Source of the DNA: Thermoplasmata archaeon
Lineage (GTDB): Archaea > Thermoplasmatota > Thermoplasmata > GCA-020350865
Assembly: GCA_020348445.1 (NCBI GenBank)
Contig: CP070751.1
Location: forward strand, 2,021,930-2,085,929
DNA: 64,000 nt
Direction of reading: 5' to 3'
Shown here in pieces: positions 8,376 through 18,631 of the stretch. Position numbers and translations under genes: made by a program. Numbering within the stretch: position 1 is the stretch's first letter; each line of letters starts with the position of its first letter. The notes under the pieces were generated by a model that searched no databases, was not told the DNA's origin, and saw only the letters and a program-made list of their open reading frames with translations.

Positions 8376-11300
8376 TTACACACTGTATCTTGCAAGGGCA
8401 TAGTACCTTGTTTCCCTGCCCACAACTTCCCTGCTTATCAAACCCTTCTTCTCAATCTTTGTTAGATGATAACCAGCAACTTGGCGACTGATGCCCATCA
8501 TAGATGCTATCCTCTTCTGTACTATACCTGAGTTTTCCTCTATTATCCTGAGTATCTTCTCCTGAATATCGCTTAGCGTGGGAATTCCACCCTTTGGTTT
8601 TGGAATATCAGCTGGGTAAAAGCGTTTTTTAATACCGTCCTCTCTTGAATATATCATATGGGCCTCCTCTAAGTGTTTGATGTGATATACGAGTTGACCG
8701 CTGCCTAAACCCAGATCATCTCTTATCAATCCAAAATGAGCTCCCGGGTTTCCTATGATATATCCATAGATCCTTTCTCTCGTGGGTTGATCGAGGAGGT
8801 TCTCCTTCTTTATCCTGGAATAGAGTGGAATGAACAAGGATATCAATCCATATTTCATAACTTCAAGGGAGATTGCGGCCAAGCCGAAGGCACCAATGAA
8901 TCCTATCAGAAAGATAAGTGCCCATGGGAACTCAGGACCTGTAGGTTTTACCACAGGCTCTTTCGCTAGTAAGGCTACTACTAGGTCTGTATCCGACTCA
9001 ATTGTTATTTCCTGTGTACTGGAGAGAGTATCTTTTACAATCAAAACACGATATGGATTATGATCAAAAACTGATGTGCCGGTCTGCGAGGTCTGAATTA
9101 CAGGTATCCCTTCAGTCCATCCATCTTTCCCTGTGATATCTGTATGAATAAGATCATCATTTACATCGTATACGAAAATTGCTGCACCTGCAACTGGGTT
9201 TCCTTCTTCATCCACAACCCTGACCCGCAACAACCACTGAACCTCCAGACTGGATGTCGAATCCAAATGTGAATCCTCAACTGTGGTGTTTACCTTGGTT
9301 ATACTAGAATCCTTAAGCCAGAGTTCCTTAATCGTGGAATCGATGAAGATCATCTCAGAATCCACCATGGTGTTGTTGATGATTCTCAGTGAATCCCCTG
9401 ATTTGGCATAGATACCATATTGCAATGAATTGCTTATGACATTGTTTGAAATAGTGGGAGAGGAATATTCACCATATATTCCATATTCTGAATCAGAAAT
9501 CGTGTTATCTGCGATATTGGGAGAGGCATTTTTCAGATATATACCATAATCGTTTTTAGATGCGGTGTTGTTTGTGATAGATATCGAGGATGAGTTTTCC
9601 ACCATTATAGCTATTTGATTTTCCTCTAGGATATTACCATCAAATTCCAAGATTGGAAATCCTGGAACTGGATCGTACCAATACGCTATCTTGTTCTTGT
9701 AGAAATAGTTCCAGTTAAAGCAATTGCTCAGCGTGGAATTGTAATCCTTTGCACCAAATTCGGTGTTGTATGAAATCGTGTTGTATCTGATGGCATCGTT
9801 ATGGGCATGGAAAGTAACGATACCGTACTTTCCGTCAGTTATTATGTTATTTGCGATATAAGCGTTGGTTGTTCTATAGCAGTATATCCCATAATCGTAG
9901 TCTTGGATTATATTGTGGGTACTATTATCGTGGGTAATCTGTGTTGAATCCGTTTCTTGCAGATAAATCCCATATTCTCCATCCTGAATTGTGAATCCCG
10001 ATATACTGACATTATCACCAGTTACAAAAATTACCTTTCCATAACCATCTCCATCGATTATGGTTTCATCAGGGTCCTCACCCAAGAGGGTTATTGACTT
10101 GGTTATGGTGAGATGTTCATGATAAATTCCCTTATAAACGTATATAGTATCTCCGTCTTCAGCGTTCATAATGGCCTCCTGTATGGAGGTGAAAAGGGCA
10201 CCCCCGCTGTCATCCACAGTTATGTTGTTGGGCAAGGTGACTGTTAAGATACCTGTGGTGTCCGAAATCACTCCTCCACCATATTTTGCTGTTACGACAC
10301 AGGTTCCCAATCCTACGGCCGTGAAAGTCGTTTGCGAACCTGGTGTTGTCACTGTACCAACATCTGTATCGTCACTTTCCCATGCAACTGAGACATCGCG
10401 AAGATACTGTGCGGTGGTATTGTAGGCCGCCGCATAAAATTTGTCTGTATCACCTATGTCATATTCCACATTTTCCACAGCATTTCCCAAACCATTGGCA
10501 GCATCTCTGATAACTATATAATCGATGGTTGGTGGAAGTACAATAATCTGGGTCGAGGCGATGTTGGACATCGTATCCTCTAAAGTTATCTTTACAATTC
10601 CATATTCTGTATTGCTGCATGTTACTGTTGAATAATAACCAGGACTGGTTACCACAACGACATCTGTATTGTTACTAACCCAAGTGGATATGCTTGCAAC
10701 ATCTCCGATGTAATCTGCAGTGTAATTGTAAATTGCCCCGTAAAATGTTGTCTGATGACCCACGGGGTACCTTGGGTAATTTACAGGTTTTGTGAGGTCC
10801 TTTCCCCCACCATCTGGTGCATCCCTGATCAATATGTAATCCACTGTCCAGTTAAGCACCGTAACTGTGGTAATATATGAATGGATTCCATCAGTCAAAG
10901 TTACTGTTACAGTCCCTCCATTGGTTTCATTGCATACAATTATCGAGTAATTACCGGGACTTGTAACGTCCACTATCGAATAATTTGAACTAATCCAAAT
11001 CGAGGTCAGTGAAACACTGCCCTTGTAATCCACAGTGCTGTTGTAACTTGCCCCATAGAAGATGTCGTTGTCCCCTTTATGGTAGCTGATTGTGGAAATC
11101 TCGCCTCCTGCTCCGCCATCGGCTGAACGGATCTGGATATAGTCTGTCCTTGGTGCAAGAACTGTAAGAAAACCTGTTGTGTTGATGTAAATGTCATACG
11201 TGGCCCTCACAAAGCACATCCCATCAGAGCTCACCCATTTTGCAGTAAATACTGTAGATGAACCTGGTGAAGTTACAGTTCCCAATGTAATATTGCTGCA

Positions 11301-14300
11301 TTCCCAAACAGCAATTACATCCTTTACATAGCCAGTTGTATAGTTGAAGGCAACTACATAATAAACGTCTGTTTCCCATACGCAGTAAGTCTTATCTCCA
11401 ATTACATTACCTGAATCGCCTGGGGCGTCTCGAATCGAGATATAATCTATTGTCCAGTTCAATACAGTAACTAATGTTGTATTTGAGCATCCCATTGCCC
11501 ATAAGGTGATAGTAGAGGTTCCAGAGTTCGTGTCGTTACAGGTAACAGTAGTAGAATCGCCAGGACTTGTCACTGTTACTACATATGGATTGGAGGAGCT
11601 CCAATTCGTTCTTGTGGGTACATCCCCTAAATATCCTACAATATTACTGTAAAGGGCACCATAATAGATATCTACACTTCCTTTCTTATATTCGGGATCT
11701 ATTACCACATTACCCAATCCACCTGGGGCATCACGGATCTGGATGTAATCCACTGTATAGCTTGAAACAGTTAGTATGCCAGTATTATCTGATATTGTGG
11801 CATTATAAATGGCAGTGACAATGCAAGTTCCATCGCCTACTGGGTCAAAATAGGTGGAAGAACCTGGGGTTGTTACTGTTCCTACATTTGTGTCGTTGCT
11901 TGCCCATGTTACGTTGGTATCACCAAGACATCCATGTGTATAGTTGTACGCTGCCGCATAGAAACTGACATTGCCATACCATGTATAGAAGAACATGTTC
12001 TCTACCTCCTCGCCACCTCCATTGCGTGCGTCACGGATGATTATGTAATCAACTGGTGCCACTCTTAGTGTACCTGTGGTGTTGATGATACCACCTCCGT
12101 AATCTGCTTCCACTATGCAGGTTCCTATTCCAACTGCATAAAATGTTGTAGAGAGACCTGGTGTTGTCACTGTTCCTACACTTTCATCATCACTGGACCA
12201 ATTTACCATGACATCTCCAATATATCCATGGGTATTGTTGTAACCAGCGGCATAAAAGACATCGCTGTCTCCCATCTTATAGACAATATCTTCCACAAGC
12301 GAGCCTGATCCATTGGGAGCGTCCATAATCCAGATGTGGTCCACATCATATGTCATTACTGTTATCGTTCCTGTTGTATTAGATATCCCTCCACCGTAAT
12401 TGGCTCCAATAACACAGGTACCAACTCCTACTGCCTGGAAGGATGTGGATGATCCATAGGATGTTACTGTGCCCACACTCCAATTTGTGCTATTCCATGA
12501 CACAGCGTAGTCCCCCAGATAGCCAAAGGAGTTGTTATAACAAGCTGCCCAGAAGGTATCGCCTTGACCTATGTAGTACGTTTTATTACCGACAATTAAC
12601 CCGCCATCATTTGGCCCGTCTCTTATTCGGATGAAATCCACGGTATAATTCATAATCACAACGTATTGTACAGAGTATGTGAGACCCAAATAACTTGCAT
12701 TGAACCAAACAGTGTATGGAGAGCCGCCCACATCGATCCCATTCGTTGTTGCAGGCGTTGGTCCAAGAAGAGTGGCCGAACTCCCCCCAGCAGTCCAATC
12801 CGCACTCACTGTCCCGAGATAGCCAACAGTGGAATTGTAGGCCGAGCAGTAACCCCATTCCTGGTATCCCGTGGGTACAGTACCACCTGAAAGTGGTGTC
12901 CCATCGGGAGTGTCAGTGATTATTATGTAATCAACTGTCCCATTACCTTCTACTTGGTATTGTACGCTGTCGAAATGGCCATAATAACTGGCATTGAACC
13001 AAACAAAACAACTAGTTGTGGTTCCAACATCGATTCCGCTTCCATAACCCTCAGAAGGACCAATTAGGGTGGAAGTCCCGCCCTCAGCACTCCAGTTCGC
13101 TTTCACTGTAAAGATGAAACCTGCTGAATTGTTGTACGCCGAGCAGTATCCCCATTCCTGATATCCTGGTTGCACGGTCCTGTCAATAAGTGGTATTCCA
13201 CCGGGGATATCAGTGATATTTATGGAATCGATTGTATAGATGCTGACATTGTACTGAACACTGTCAAAATATCCAAGATAACTTGCATTAAACCAAACTA
13301 AACCTGGGGTGTTGTTCACATTTATAATGTTCATTACCCCGGGCGTGGGGCTCATAAGATATGCGGATCCACCCTCAGCAGTCCAATTCGCACTTACTGT
13401 TTCGATGTAACCAAAAGTATCATTGTATGCCGAGCTATAGCCCCATTCAATGTGACCTTGGGGTACTAATCTGTCGACAAGGGGTGTTCCATCTGGATCA
13501 TCTGTAATATCTATATAGTCAATTGTTGGTGAAACCACGGTGTACATAACACCGGCTATGTGCCCCATATAGCTTGCATTGAACCAAACATAACATGCTA
13601 TGGTGCCCACATCGATACCATTTGTGATGGCTGGGGTGGGACCAAGAAGTGATGAGTCTCCGCCAATCGCGAGCCAATCCGCGTTTACAGTACCAATATA
13701 ACCCAAGGTGTCATTATATGCCGAGCAATAACCCCACTCCTGGTATCCTACAGGCACGGTACCACCTGCAAGTGGTGTGCCATCAGGAACATCCGTGATA
13801 TTTATGTAATTTACTGTATAATTGATAACATTATATTCAACACTGTAGAATCTGCCGCCAAAACTTGCGTTGAGCCAGACTGTAACTAGGAAGTTGCCAA
13901 CATCGATTCCATTTGTTGTTTCAGGTGTGGGTCCAAGAAGTGTGGCTGAACCCCCTTCTGCTGTCCAACCTGCACTCACGGTTCCTAGATAGCCAATCGT
14001 AGTATTGTATGCCGAGCAGTGACCCCATTCCTGGTATCCTGTGGGTACATTCCCACCAGTAAGTGGAACACCATCAGGAATATCAGTGATCATAATATAA
14101 TCAATTGTATAATTCCCACTTATAAAGTACTCAACACTGGCGTTATGGCCAAAATAGCTTGCATTGAACCAAACAAAAAGACCCAACATGTTTCCAACAT
14201 CGATTCCGCTTCCATGACCCTCCGAAGGCCCAATGAGAGTGGATGATCCGCCATGCGCACTCCAGTTCCCGTTCACTGTATAGAGGAAGCCTGCCGTATT

Positions 14301-15680
14301 GTTGTACGCAGAGCAGTTACCCCATTCCTGATAATCTGAGGGCACGGTCTTATCTATAAGGGGATTGCCGCCAGGTATATCTGTGATATCAATGAAATCT
14401 ATTGTGGGTGGGATCACATTGTATGTGACACTATCTGAATTTCCATCATAACTTGCATTGAACCAAACGATCCCTAAAATTGTACCAACATTGATTCCAT
14501 TTGTGTGTTCGGGAGTAGGACCGAGCAGCGCCGAATTTCCACCCAATGCTATCCAATTTGCAGAAACTGTTCGCAGGTAGCCCACTGAATCATTATAAGA
14601 GGAGCAATAACCCCATTCAAAAAAACCTACAGGCACAGTTCCTCCTGCAAGGGGTGTACCATTAGGAGTATCTGTGATATTTATGTAATCCACTGTCCAA
14701 TTGTCAACCATGTACTTGACGCTGTCTGTATGTCCACTGTAACTTGCGTTGAGCCACACTGATGCAACTGTACTTCCGACATCTATTCCATTTGAATCTG
14801 CAGGTGTGATTCCTAAAAGTGTGGCAGAACCGCCTCCTGCTGTCCAATCTGCACTCACCAAACCGATGTAGCCATAAGTGCTGTTGTACGCCGAGCAGTT
14901 GCCCCACTCCTTATGGCCCATGAACACTGCACCTCCTGCCAGAGATGTACCATTTGGAGTATCTGTGATATCAATGTAATCAATTGTTGGTGATATCACT
15001 GTATATGCTACACTATCTGTAAAGCTGCTATTAGTGGCATTAAGCCAAACTGTAACTGGAGTCGTCCCAACATCGATTCCGTTGCTCGTGGCTGGTGTTC
15101 CTCCTAGAAGCGTTGACGTCCCGCCCTCTGCAGTCCAGTCAGCTTTTACAATGCCAAGATAACCTGCAGAGATATTATAAGCTGAACAGTAACCCCATTC
15201 TATAAAGCCTGTAAGTACCACACCTCCTGAGAGGGGTGTACCATCTGGTGTGTCTGTGATTTCTATATAATCGATTCCAAAGGACGTTATATTCAAATCA
15301 AAATCGTCGCTTACCATCATTGATGAATTCTCCCCTGTTATCGTGGTCAAACCAGTGGATTCGGCTGTGAATGTAGAGGATGTTCCTGTGGCATTGTCAA
15401 ATGATCCCAATCCAGCAGATTCGTTCCATTCCACCTCCACCAGATCAATGTAACCGGCTGTAATGTTGTAGCCTGAGGCATAAGCCTTGACTTCTCCCCC
15501 GACTATCAGGTTGTGTCCGGTGATCTTTGTTCCGTCTGGGGCATCTGTTAAAAGTATGTAATCCACGGTCCCGGCCTCAGCCTCTTCCTGAAAAAAAAGC
15601 AGGAGGCTCAACATCATCATCACGAACAAAAATATGCCTAGGATCTTGCTTCCCTTCATTACTATCCCTCTTGTACTCAT
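8376..15680 (-). CDS. Giant membrane-anchored surface protein (2,434 aa; likely start ATG 15659): 18 Ig-like repeats, right-handed beta-helix (NosD/PbH1-like), prealbumin-like beta-sandwich, TM helix, tandem winged-HTH
   Basis: Signal peptide MKGSKILGIFLFVMMMLSLLLFF follows GAGGGATAGTA; 1+9+8 repeats counted; beta-helix cap ITVDDSGGALFTSIQEAI; TM FPWALIFLIGFIGAFGLAAISL; HTH helices GSGQLVYHI and ISRQVAGYHL. Confidence 0.9.
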   Translation of the reverse strand: MSTRGIVMKGSKILGIFLFVMMMLSLLLFFQEEAEAGTVDYILLTDAPDGTKITGHNLIVGGEVKAYASGYNITAGYIDLVEVEWNESAGLGSFDNATGTSSTFTAESTGLTTITGENSSMMVSDDFDLNITSFGIDYIEITDTPDGTPLSGGVVLTGFIEWGYCSAYNISAGYLGIVKADWTAEGGTSTLLGGTPATSNGIDVGTTPVTVWLNATNSSFTDSVAYTVISPTIDYIDITDTPNGTSLAGGAVFMGHKEWGNCSAYNSTYGYIGLVSADWTAGGGSATLLGITPADSNGIDVGSTVASVWLNASYSGHTDSVKYMVDNWTVDYINITDTPNGTPLAGGTVPVGFFEWGYCSSYNDSVGYLRTVSANWIALGGNSALLGPTPEHTNGINVGTILGIVWFNASYDGNSDSVTYNVIPPTIDFIDITDIPGGNPLIDKTVPSDYQEWGNCSAYNNTAGFLYTVNGNWSAHGGSSTLIGPSEGHGSGIDVGNMLGLFVWFNASYFGHNASVEYFISGNYTIDYIMITDIPDGVPLTGGNVPTGYQEWGHCSAYNTTIGYLGTVSAGWTAEGGSATLLGPTPETTNGIDVGNFLVTVWLNASFGGRFYSVEYNVINYTVNYINITDVPDGTPLAGGTVPVGYQEWGYCSAYNDTLGYIGTVNADWLAIGGDSSLLGPTPAITNGIDVGTIACYVWFNASYMGHIAGVMYTVVSPTIDYIDITDDPDGTPLVDRLVPQGHIEWGYSSAYNDTFGYIETVSANWTAEGGSAYLMSPTPGVMNIINVNNTPGLVWFNASYLGYFDSVQYNVSIYTIDSINITDIPGGIPLIDRTVQPGYQEWGYCSAYNNSAGFIFTVKANWSAEGGTSTLIGPSEGYGSGIDVGTTTSCFVWFNASYYGHFDSVQYQVEGNGTVDYIIITDTPDGTPLSGGTVPTGYQEWGYCSAYNSTVGYLGTVSADWTAGGSSATLLGPTPATTNGIDVGGSPYTVWFNASYLGLTYSVQYVVIMNYTVDFIRIRDGPNDGGLIVGNKTYYIGQGDTFWAACYNNSFGYLGDYAVSWNSTNWSVGTVTSYGSSTSFQAVGVGTCVIGANYGGGISNTTGTITVMTYDVDHIWIMDAPNGSGSLVEDIVYKMGDSDVFYAAGYNNTHGYIGDVMVNWSSDDESVGTVTTPGLSTTFYAVGIGTCIVEADYGGGIINTTGTLRVAPVDYIIIRDARNGGGEEVENMFFYTWYGNVSFYAAAYNYTHGCLGDTNVTWASNDTNVGTVTTPGSSTYFDPVGDGTCIVTAIYNATISDNTGILTVSSYTVDYIQIRDAPGGLGNVVIDPEYKKGSVDIYYGALYSNIVGYLGDVPTRTNWSSSNPYVVTVTSPGDSTTVTCNDTNSGTSTITLWAMGCSNTTLVTVLNWTIDYISIRDAPGDSGNVIGDKTYCVWETDVYYVVAFNYTTGYVKDVIAVWECSNITLGTVTSPGSSTVFTAKWVSSDGMCFVRATYDIYINTTGFLTVLAPRTDYIQIRSADGGAGGEISTISYHKGDNDIFYGASYNSTVDYKGSVSLTSIWISSNYSIVDVTSPGNYSIIVCNETNGGTVTVTLTDGIHSYITTVTVLNWTVDYILIRDAPDGGGKDLTKPVNYPRYPVGHQTTFYGAIYNYTADYIGDVASISTWVSNNTDVVVVTSPGYYSTVTCSNTEYGIVKITLEDTMSNIASTQIIVLPPTIDYIVIRDAANGLGNAVENVEYDIGDTDKFYAAAYNTTAQYLRDVSVAWESDDTDVGTVTTPGSQTTFTAVGLGTCVVTAKYGGGVISDTTGILTVTLPNNITVDDSGGALFTSIQEAIMNAEDGDTIYVYKGIYHEHLTITKSITLLGEDPDETIIDGDGYGKVIFVTGDNVSISGFTIQDGEYGIYLQETDSTQITHDNSTHNIIQDYDYGIYCYRTTNAYIANNIITDGKYGIVTFHAHNDAIRYNTISYNTEFGAKDYNSTLSNCFNWNYFYKNKIAYWYDPVPGFPILEFDGNILEENQIAIMVENSSSISITNNTASKNDYGIYLKNASPNIADNTISDSEYGIYGEYSSPTISNNVISNSLQYGIYAKSGDSLRIINNTMVDSEMIFIDSTIKELWLKDSSITKVNTTVEDSHLDSTSSLEVQWLLRVRVVDEEGNPVAGAAIFVYDVNDDLIHTDITGKDGWTEGIPVIQTSQTGTSVFDHNPYRVLIVKDTLSSTQEITIESDTDLVVALLAKEPVVKPTGPEFPWALIFLIGFIGAFGLAAISLEVMKYGLISLFIPLYSRIKKENLLDQPTRERIYGYIIGNPGAHFGLIRDDLGLGSGQLVYHIKHLEEAHMIYSREDGIKKRFYPADIPKPKGGIPTLSDIQEKILRIIEENSGIVQKRIASMMGISRQVAGYHLTKIEKKGLISREVVGRETRYYALARYSV

Positions 15681-15692
15681 AATGAAAAACGA

Positions 15693-15754
15693 GTATAAAT
15701 GAAGTTTGGAATGATTTTTGCCAAATATATATGATTTGTGGAATGATTTTTGCC
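15693..15754 (-). promoter_or_regulatory. TATA box plus a perfect 16-bp direct repeat TGGAATGATTTTTGCC (15707-15722 and 15739-15754)
   Basis: Exact repeat at 32-bp spacing directly upstream of the TATA box, which ends 34 nt before ATG 15659. Confidence 0.78.
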
Positions 15755-15862
15755 TATTATTTATTGTTTATGGAAATTTGTTTCTAAACATAACCTCCTA
15801 TCTAAAAAAATTATGGCATCCAAGATATATAAATCCTTCTTGAATTTCCATGAAAATAGTCT

Positions 15863-18631
15863 TTAAAGCGGTACCTGCCAAACATCATCTACCCGGGAAT
15901 GAACATAGTAACCCCTACCAACTTCGAAATAGTCAGACGACCCCATCTTCTCCCATCTCTGCACCCGAGAATTATAGGTCCAGATCGCATCCACATCAGA
16001 TGGGAAGTCGATGTTGTTCAACGCTGAGGTCCTGTCCCTATTGTTCTGTGAGGGGTAGCCTACCATGTTCCATCCTGGGTGTAAAGCAATGTTCTGGTTC
16101 TCGGTTGGCCGAGTGCCGTTATAGAAGAAAACCGTGTCTCCAGGTTGAGTGATATGAATCCAAATGCCCATTTTTTCGTTTAGTTCACTTAAATCATTTC
16201 CATAGGGCTTGCCTACTTTGTAATGCTTCCATTGGTCTTTTTTGTCTGTGATATTATACCATTGGACAGCATCATACAAGCCATTAATTGACCCAAGCAC
16301 TTTTGTAAGGTTTTGCTCTTCCTGGATTAGAGGGAGAGAAATGAGGTTCCAGCCCTGCTTTAAAATCATATAATTTTTATTAGGCTCGATAAGGGGGTAG
16401 TTGTCCTGGGAGTCCGAATCAATAATATAGGGATTCTTACCACCCCCTCCAATTGTCCCGTTATCAACTATGCCATCGCTCCCCAAAATGTTTTGACCTT
16501 CTCCATTGTACTCGTCATACGCCCCTTCACTTGATTCATCGAAATCTGACCAGTAATTCCCTCCTGACGGATAGCCTTCGTCCCATCGGTTTGCATTATT
16601 GGTGCCATCGTAAGCTTGAATTGCATTGTTTATGATGTTGTTGTGGTAAATACTATTATTTGACGAGTCGTTTAAATATATGCCGTAGTTGCCGTTCGAG
16701 AAGACGGTATTCCCTAAGATACCATTCCAGTTGGAAGAAGAGAGAAGGTGGATGCCATCCAAACTGTTCAAAGTAATATTGTTACCTATTATAGCATTGT
16801 TCAATGCTGAAGAAAGCCAGATGCCGTGAGTGTTGTTCGAAATATTGTTGCCTGATATAACATTTTTGCTTGAGGAAAAGGAAAAAGCGGAAAGATTTAT
16901 GCCTCTTAAATTGCCGGAAATATCATTGCCTGTTATTTTGTTGTTGGATGACAAATCGAGAAGGATACCATCATAATTGTTCGATGATATTATGTTGTCT
17001 GTTATTATGTTGTTGTCTGAAAATCTGAAAAGATACAATCCATGCTTATTATTCGTAATGTTGTTGTTATGTATGGCATTCCTTTTGCATATACCTTCGA
17101 AAAAGATTCCGCTTTCCTCGTTCGAGGTGATTTTGTTACCAAAAAAGTAGCTCTCGTGGACATCAGCCAATTCAATGCCATTATCGGCGATCGAGAATAT
17201 GATATTACCTATGATGTTGTTTCTGTAGGATGATCCGACATAAATACCCTCGGCTCCACTATGCGAAATGTTGTTGCCTACGATATTGGTCTCATTGGAT
17301 ACAATGATACTGATGCCTTTTATACCATCCCCGTAAAGGTGGTTATTTTTAACGGTGTTCCCATGGGAATCCGTAAGTTCAATACCCCAAGTGCACCCGT
17401 CACAGGTGTTGTTTTCGATGGTGTTGTTCGAGGAATATATCAACCGAATGCCTATGGGATTGGAAGAAGCATTGTTGCTTCCTATGTAGTTCCCATCGGA
17501 ATATTCAAGATGGATGCCATCACCCCAGAAGAGTGAAGTCATGATATTACCTGCGATGTAATTTCCATGGGAATTAATAAGACGGACGCCATCACCGTAC
17601 TGGTTGTTCGATATGGTGTTGCCAGATATATTGTTACTGCTGGAATAGGAGAGATAAATAAAATGATATTCGTTGTTATCCAAAATATTGCCCATGATAT
17701 AATTTCCGTCGGAATTAATAAGATGGATGCCATAAACGCTGTTATTTATAAATGTATTGCCTGATATGTTGTTTCCGTTAGAATGATGGAGGTAAAGACC
17801 TATACCGGCATTGTTTTGGACAAAATTGCCTACGATGTTATTCCCACTGGAATGATAAAGGTAGATACTGTATGCATTCCTGCATAACGAAACACCATTA
17901 TTTATGATATTATTATTAAAAGAAAAACCAAGAGAAATACCAACATAAACATTGGTAATTGCCTGAGCCTCCACATTGACGTTCGTGCAATTGGCAAGGA
18001 TAACCTGTCCTGCATCAAATGGAACCATGCCCTCTGTTCGGTCCTTCCAATAATGAATCGGTCTGTCGTTGACTGTATTTGAAATGTCGATATTGTGCGT
18101 GTTCCAGTGCTCAAGGGAATCACCCTCAATATAAATTCCATTATCAAACATATTATTGTCCATGACATTAATCCCATTAGATCTCGAAATATATATTCCT
18201 ATCTCGGTGGTTGAAAATTTATTGCCTGCAATGGTATCATAATCGGATTCTATTATAATCCCTGTAGTAGTAGTCGCACCAGTGATTGTGAACCCAGAGA
18301 CATTTACATAATCAGAAGTAATTCGTACCACGCCATCACTCACATCAATTATCGTATTATCTCTATTTTCCCCAGTCAAATTTATTGTTTTATTTACTAA
18401 AACATTTTCATAATACGTCCCGCTAAAGACATAGACTGTATCCCCATCTTTTGCCGCGTTTATAGCATCCTGTATCGTGGGATAATTAGTGGGGACATAG
18501 ATTGTTATGCTTCCAGAAGTAGATGCAAATTCAAAAACCAAATCAATTGTAGTAAAGATTGTAAAAATAAGAATTAAACAGAGTATGATTGATTGAATTT
18601 TCTTCCTCAAAGGGGGACCTCCCAATCGCAC
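15863..18631 (-). CDS. Secreted right-handed beta-helix (NosD-like) protein with a C-terminal GWNL double module; likely start TTG 18610
   Basis: YPTIQDAINAAKDGDTVYVFSGTYYENV cap; many 22-24 aa NxIxxNxxGI coils; C-terminal LKQGWNLISLP and LHPGWNMVGYP. GGAGGT precedes TTG 18610, which overlaps the upstream TGA. Confidence 0.88.
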   Translation of the reverse strand: MRLGGPPLRKKIQSIILCLILIFTIFTTIDLVFEFASTSGSITIYVPTNYPTIQDAINAAKDGDTVYVFSGTYYENVLVNKTINLTGENRDNTIIDVSDGVVRITSDYVNVSGFTITGATTTTGIIIESDYDTIAGNKFSTTEIGIYISRSNGINVMDNNMFDNGIYIEGDSLEHWNTHNIDISNTVNDRPIHYWKDRTEGMVPFDAGQVILANCTNVNVEAQAITNVYVGISLGFSFNNNIINNGVSLCRNAYSIYLYHSSGNNIVGNFVQNNAGIGLYLHHSNGNNISGNTFINNSVYGIHLINSDGNYIMGNILDNNEYHFIYLSYSSSNNISGNTISNNQYGDGVRLINSHGNYIAGNIMTSLFWGDGIHLEYSDGNYIGSNNASSNPIGIRLIYSSNNTIENNTCDGCTWGIELTDSHGNTVKNNHLYGDGIKGISIIVSNETNIVGNNISHSGAEGIYVGSSYRNNIIGNIIFSIADNGIELADVHESYFFGNKITSNEESGIFFEGICKRNAIHNNNITNNKHGLYLFRFSDNNIITDNIISSNNYDGILLDLSSNNKITGNDISGNLRGINLSAFSFSSSKNVISGNNISNNTHGIWLSSALNNAIIGNNITLNSLDGIHLLSSSNWNGILGNTVFSNGNYGIYLNDSSNNSIYHNNIINNAIQAYDGTNNANRWDEGYPSGGNYWSDFDESSEGAYDEYNGEGQNILGSDGIVDNGTIGGGGKNPYIIDSDSQDNYPLIEPNKNYMILKQGWNLISLPLIQEEQNLTKVLGSINGLYDAVQWYNITDKKDQWKHYKVGKPYGNDLSELNEKMGIWIHITQPGDTVFFYNGTRPTENQNIALHPGWNMVGYPSQNNRDRTSALNNIDFPSDVDAIWTYNSRVQRWEKMGSSDYFEVGRGYYVHSRVDDVWQVPL

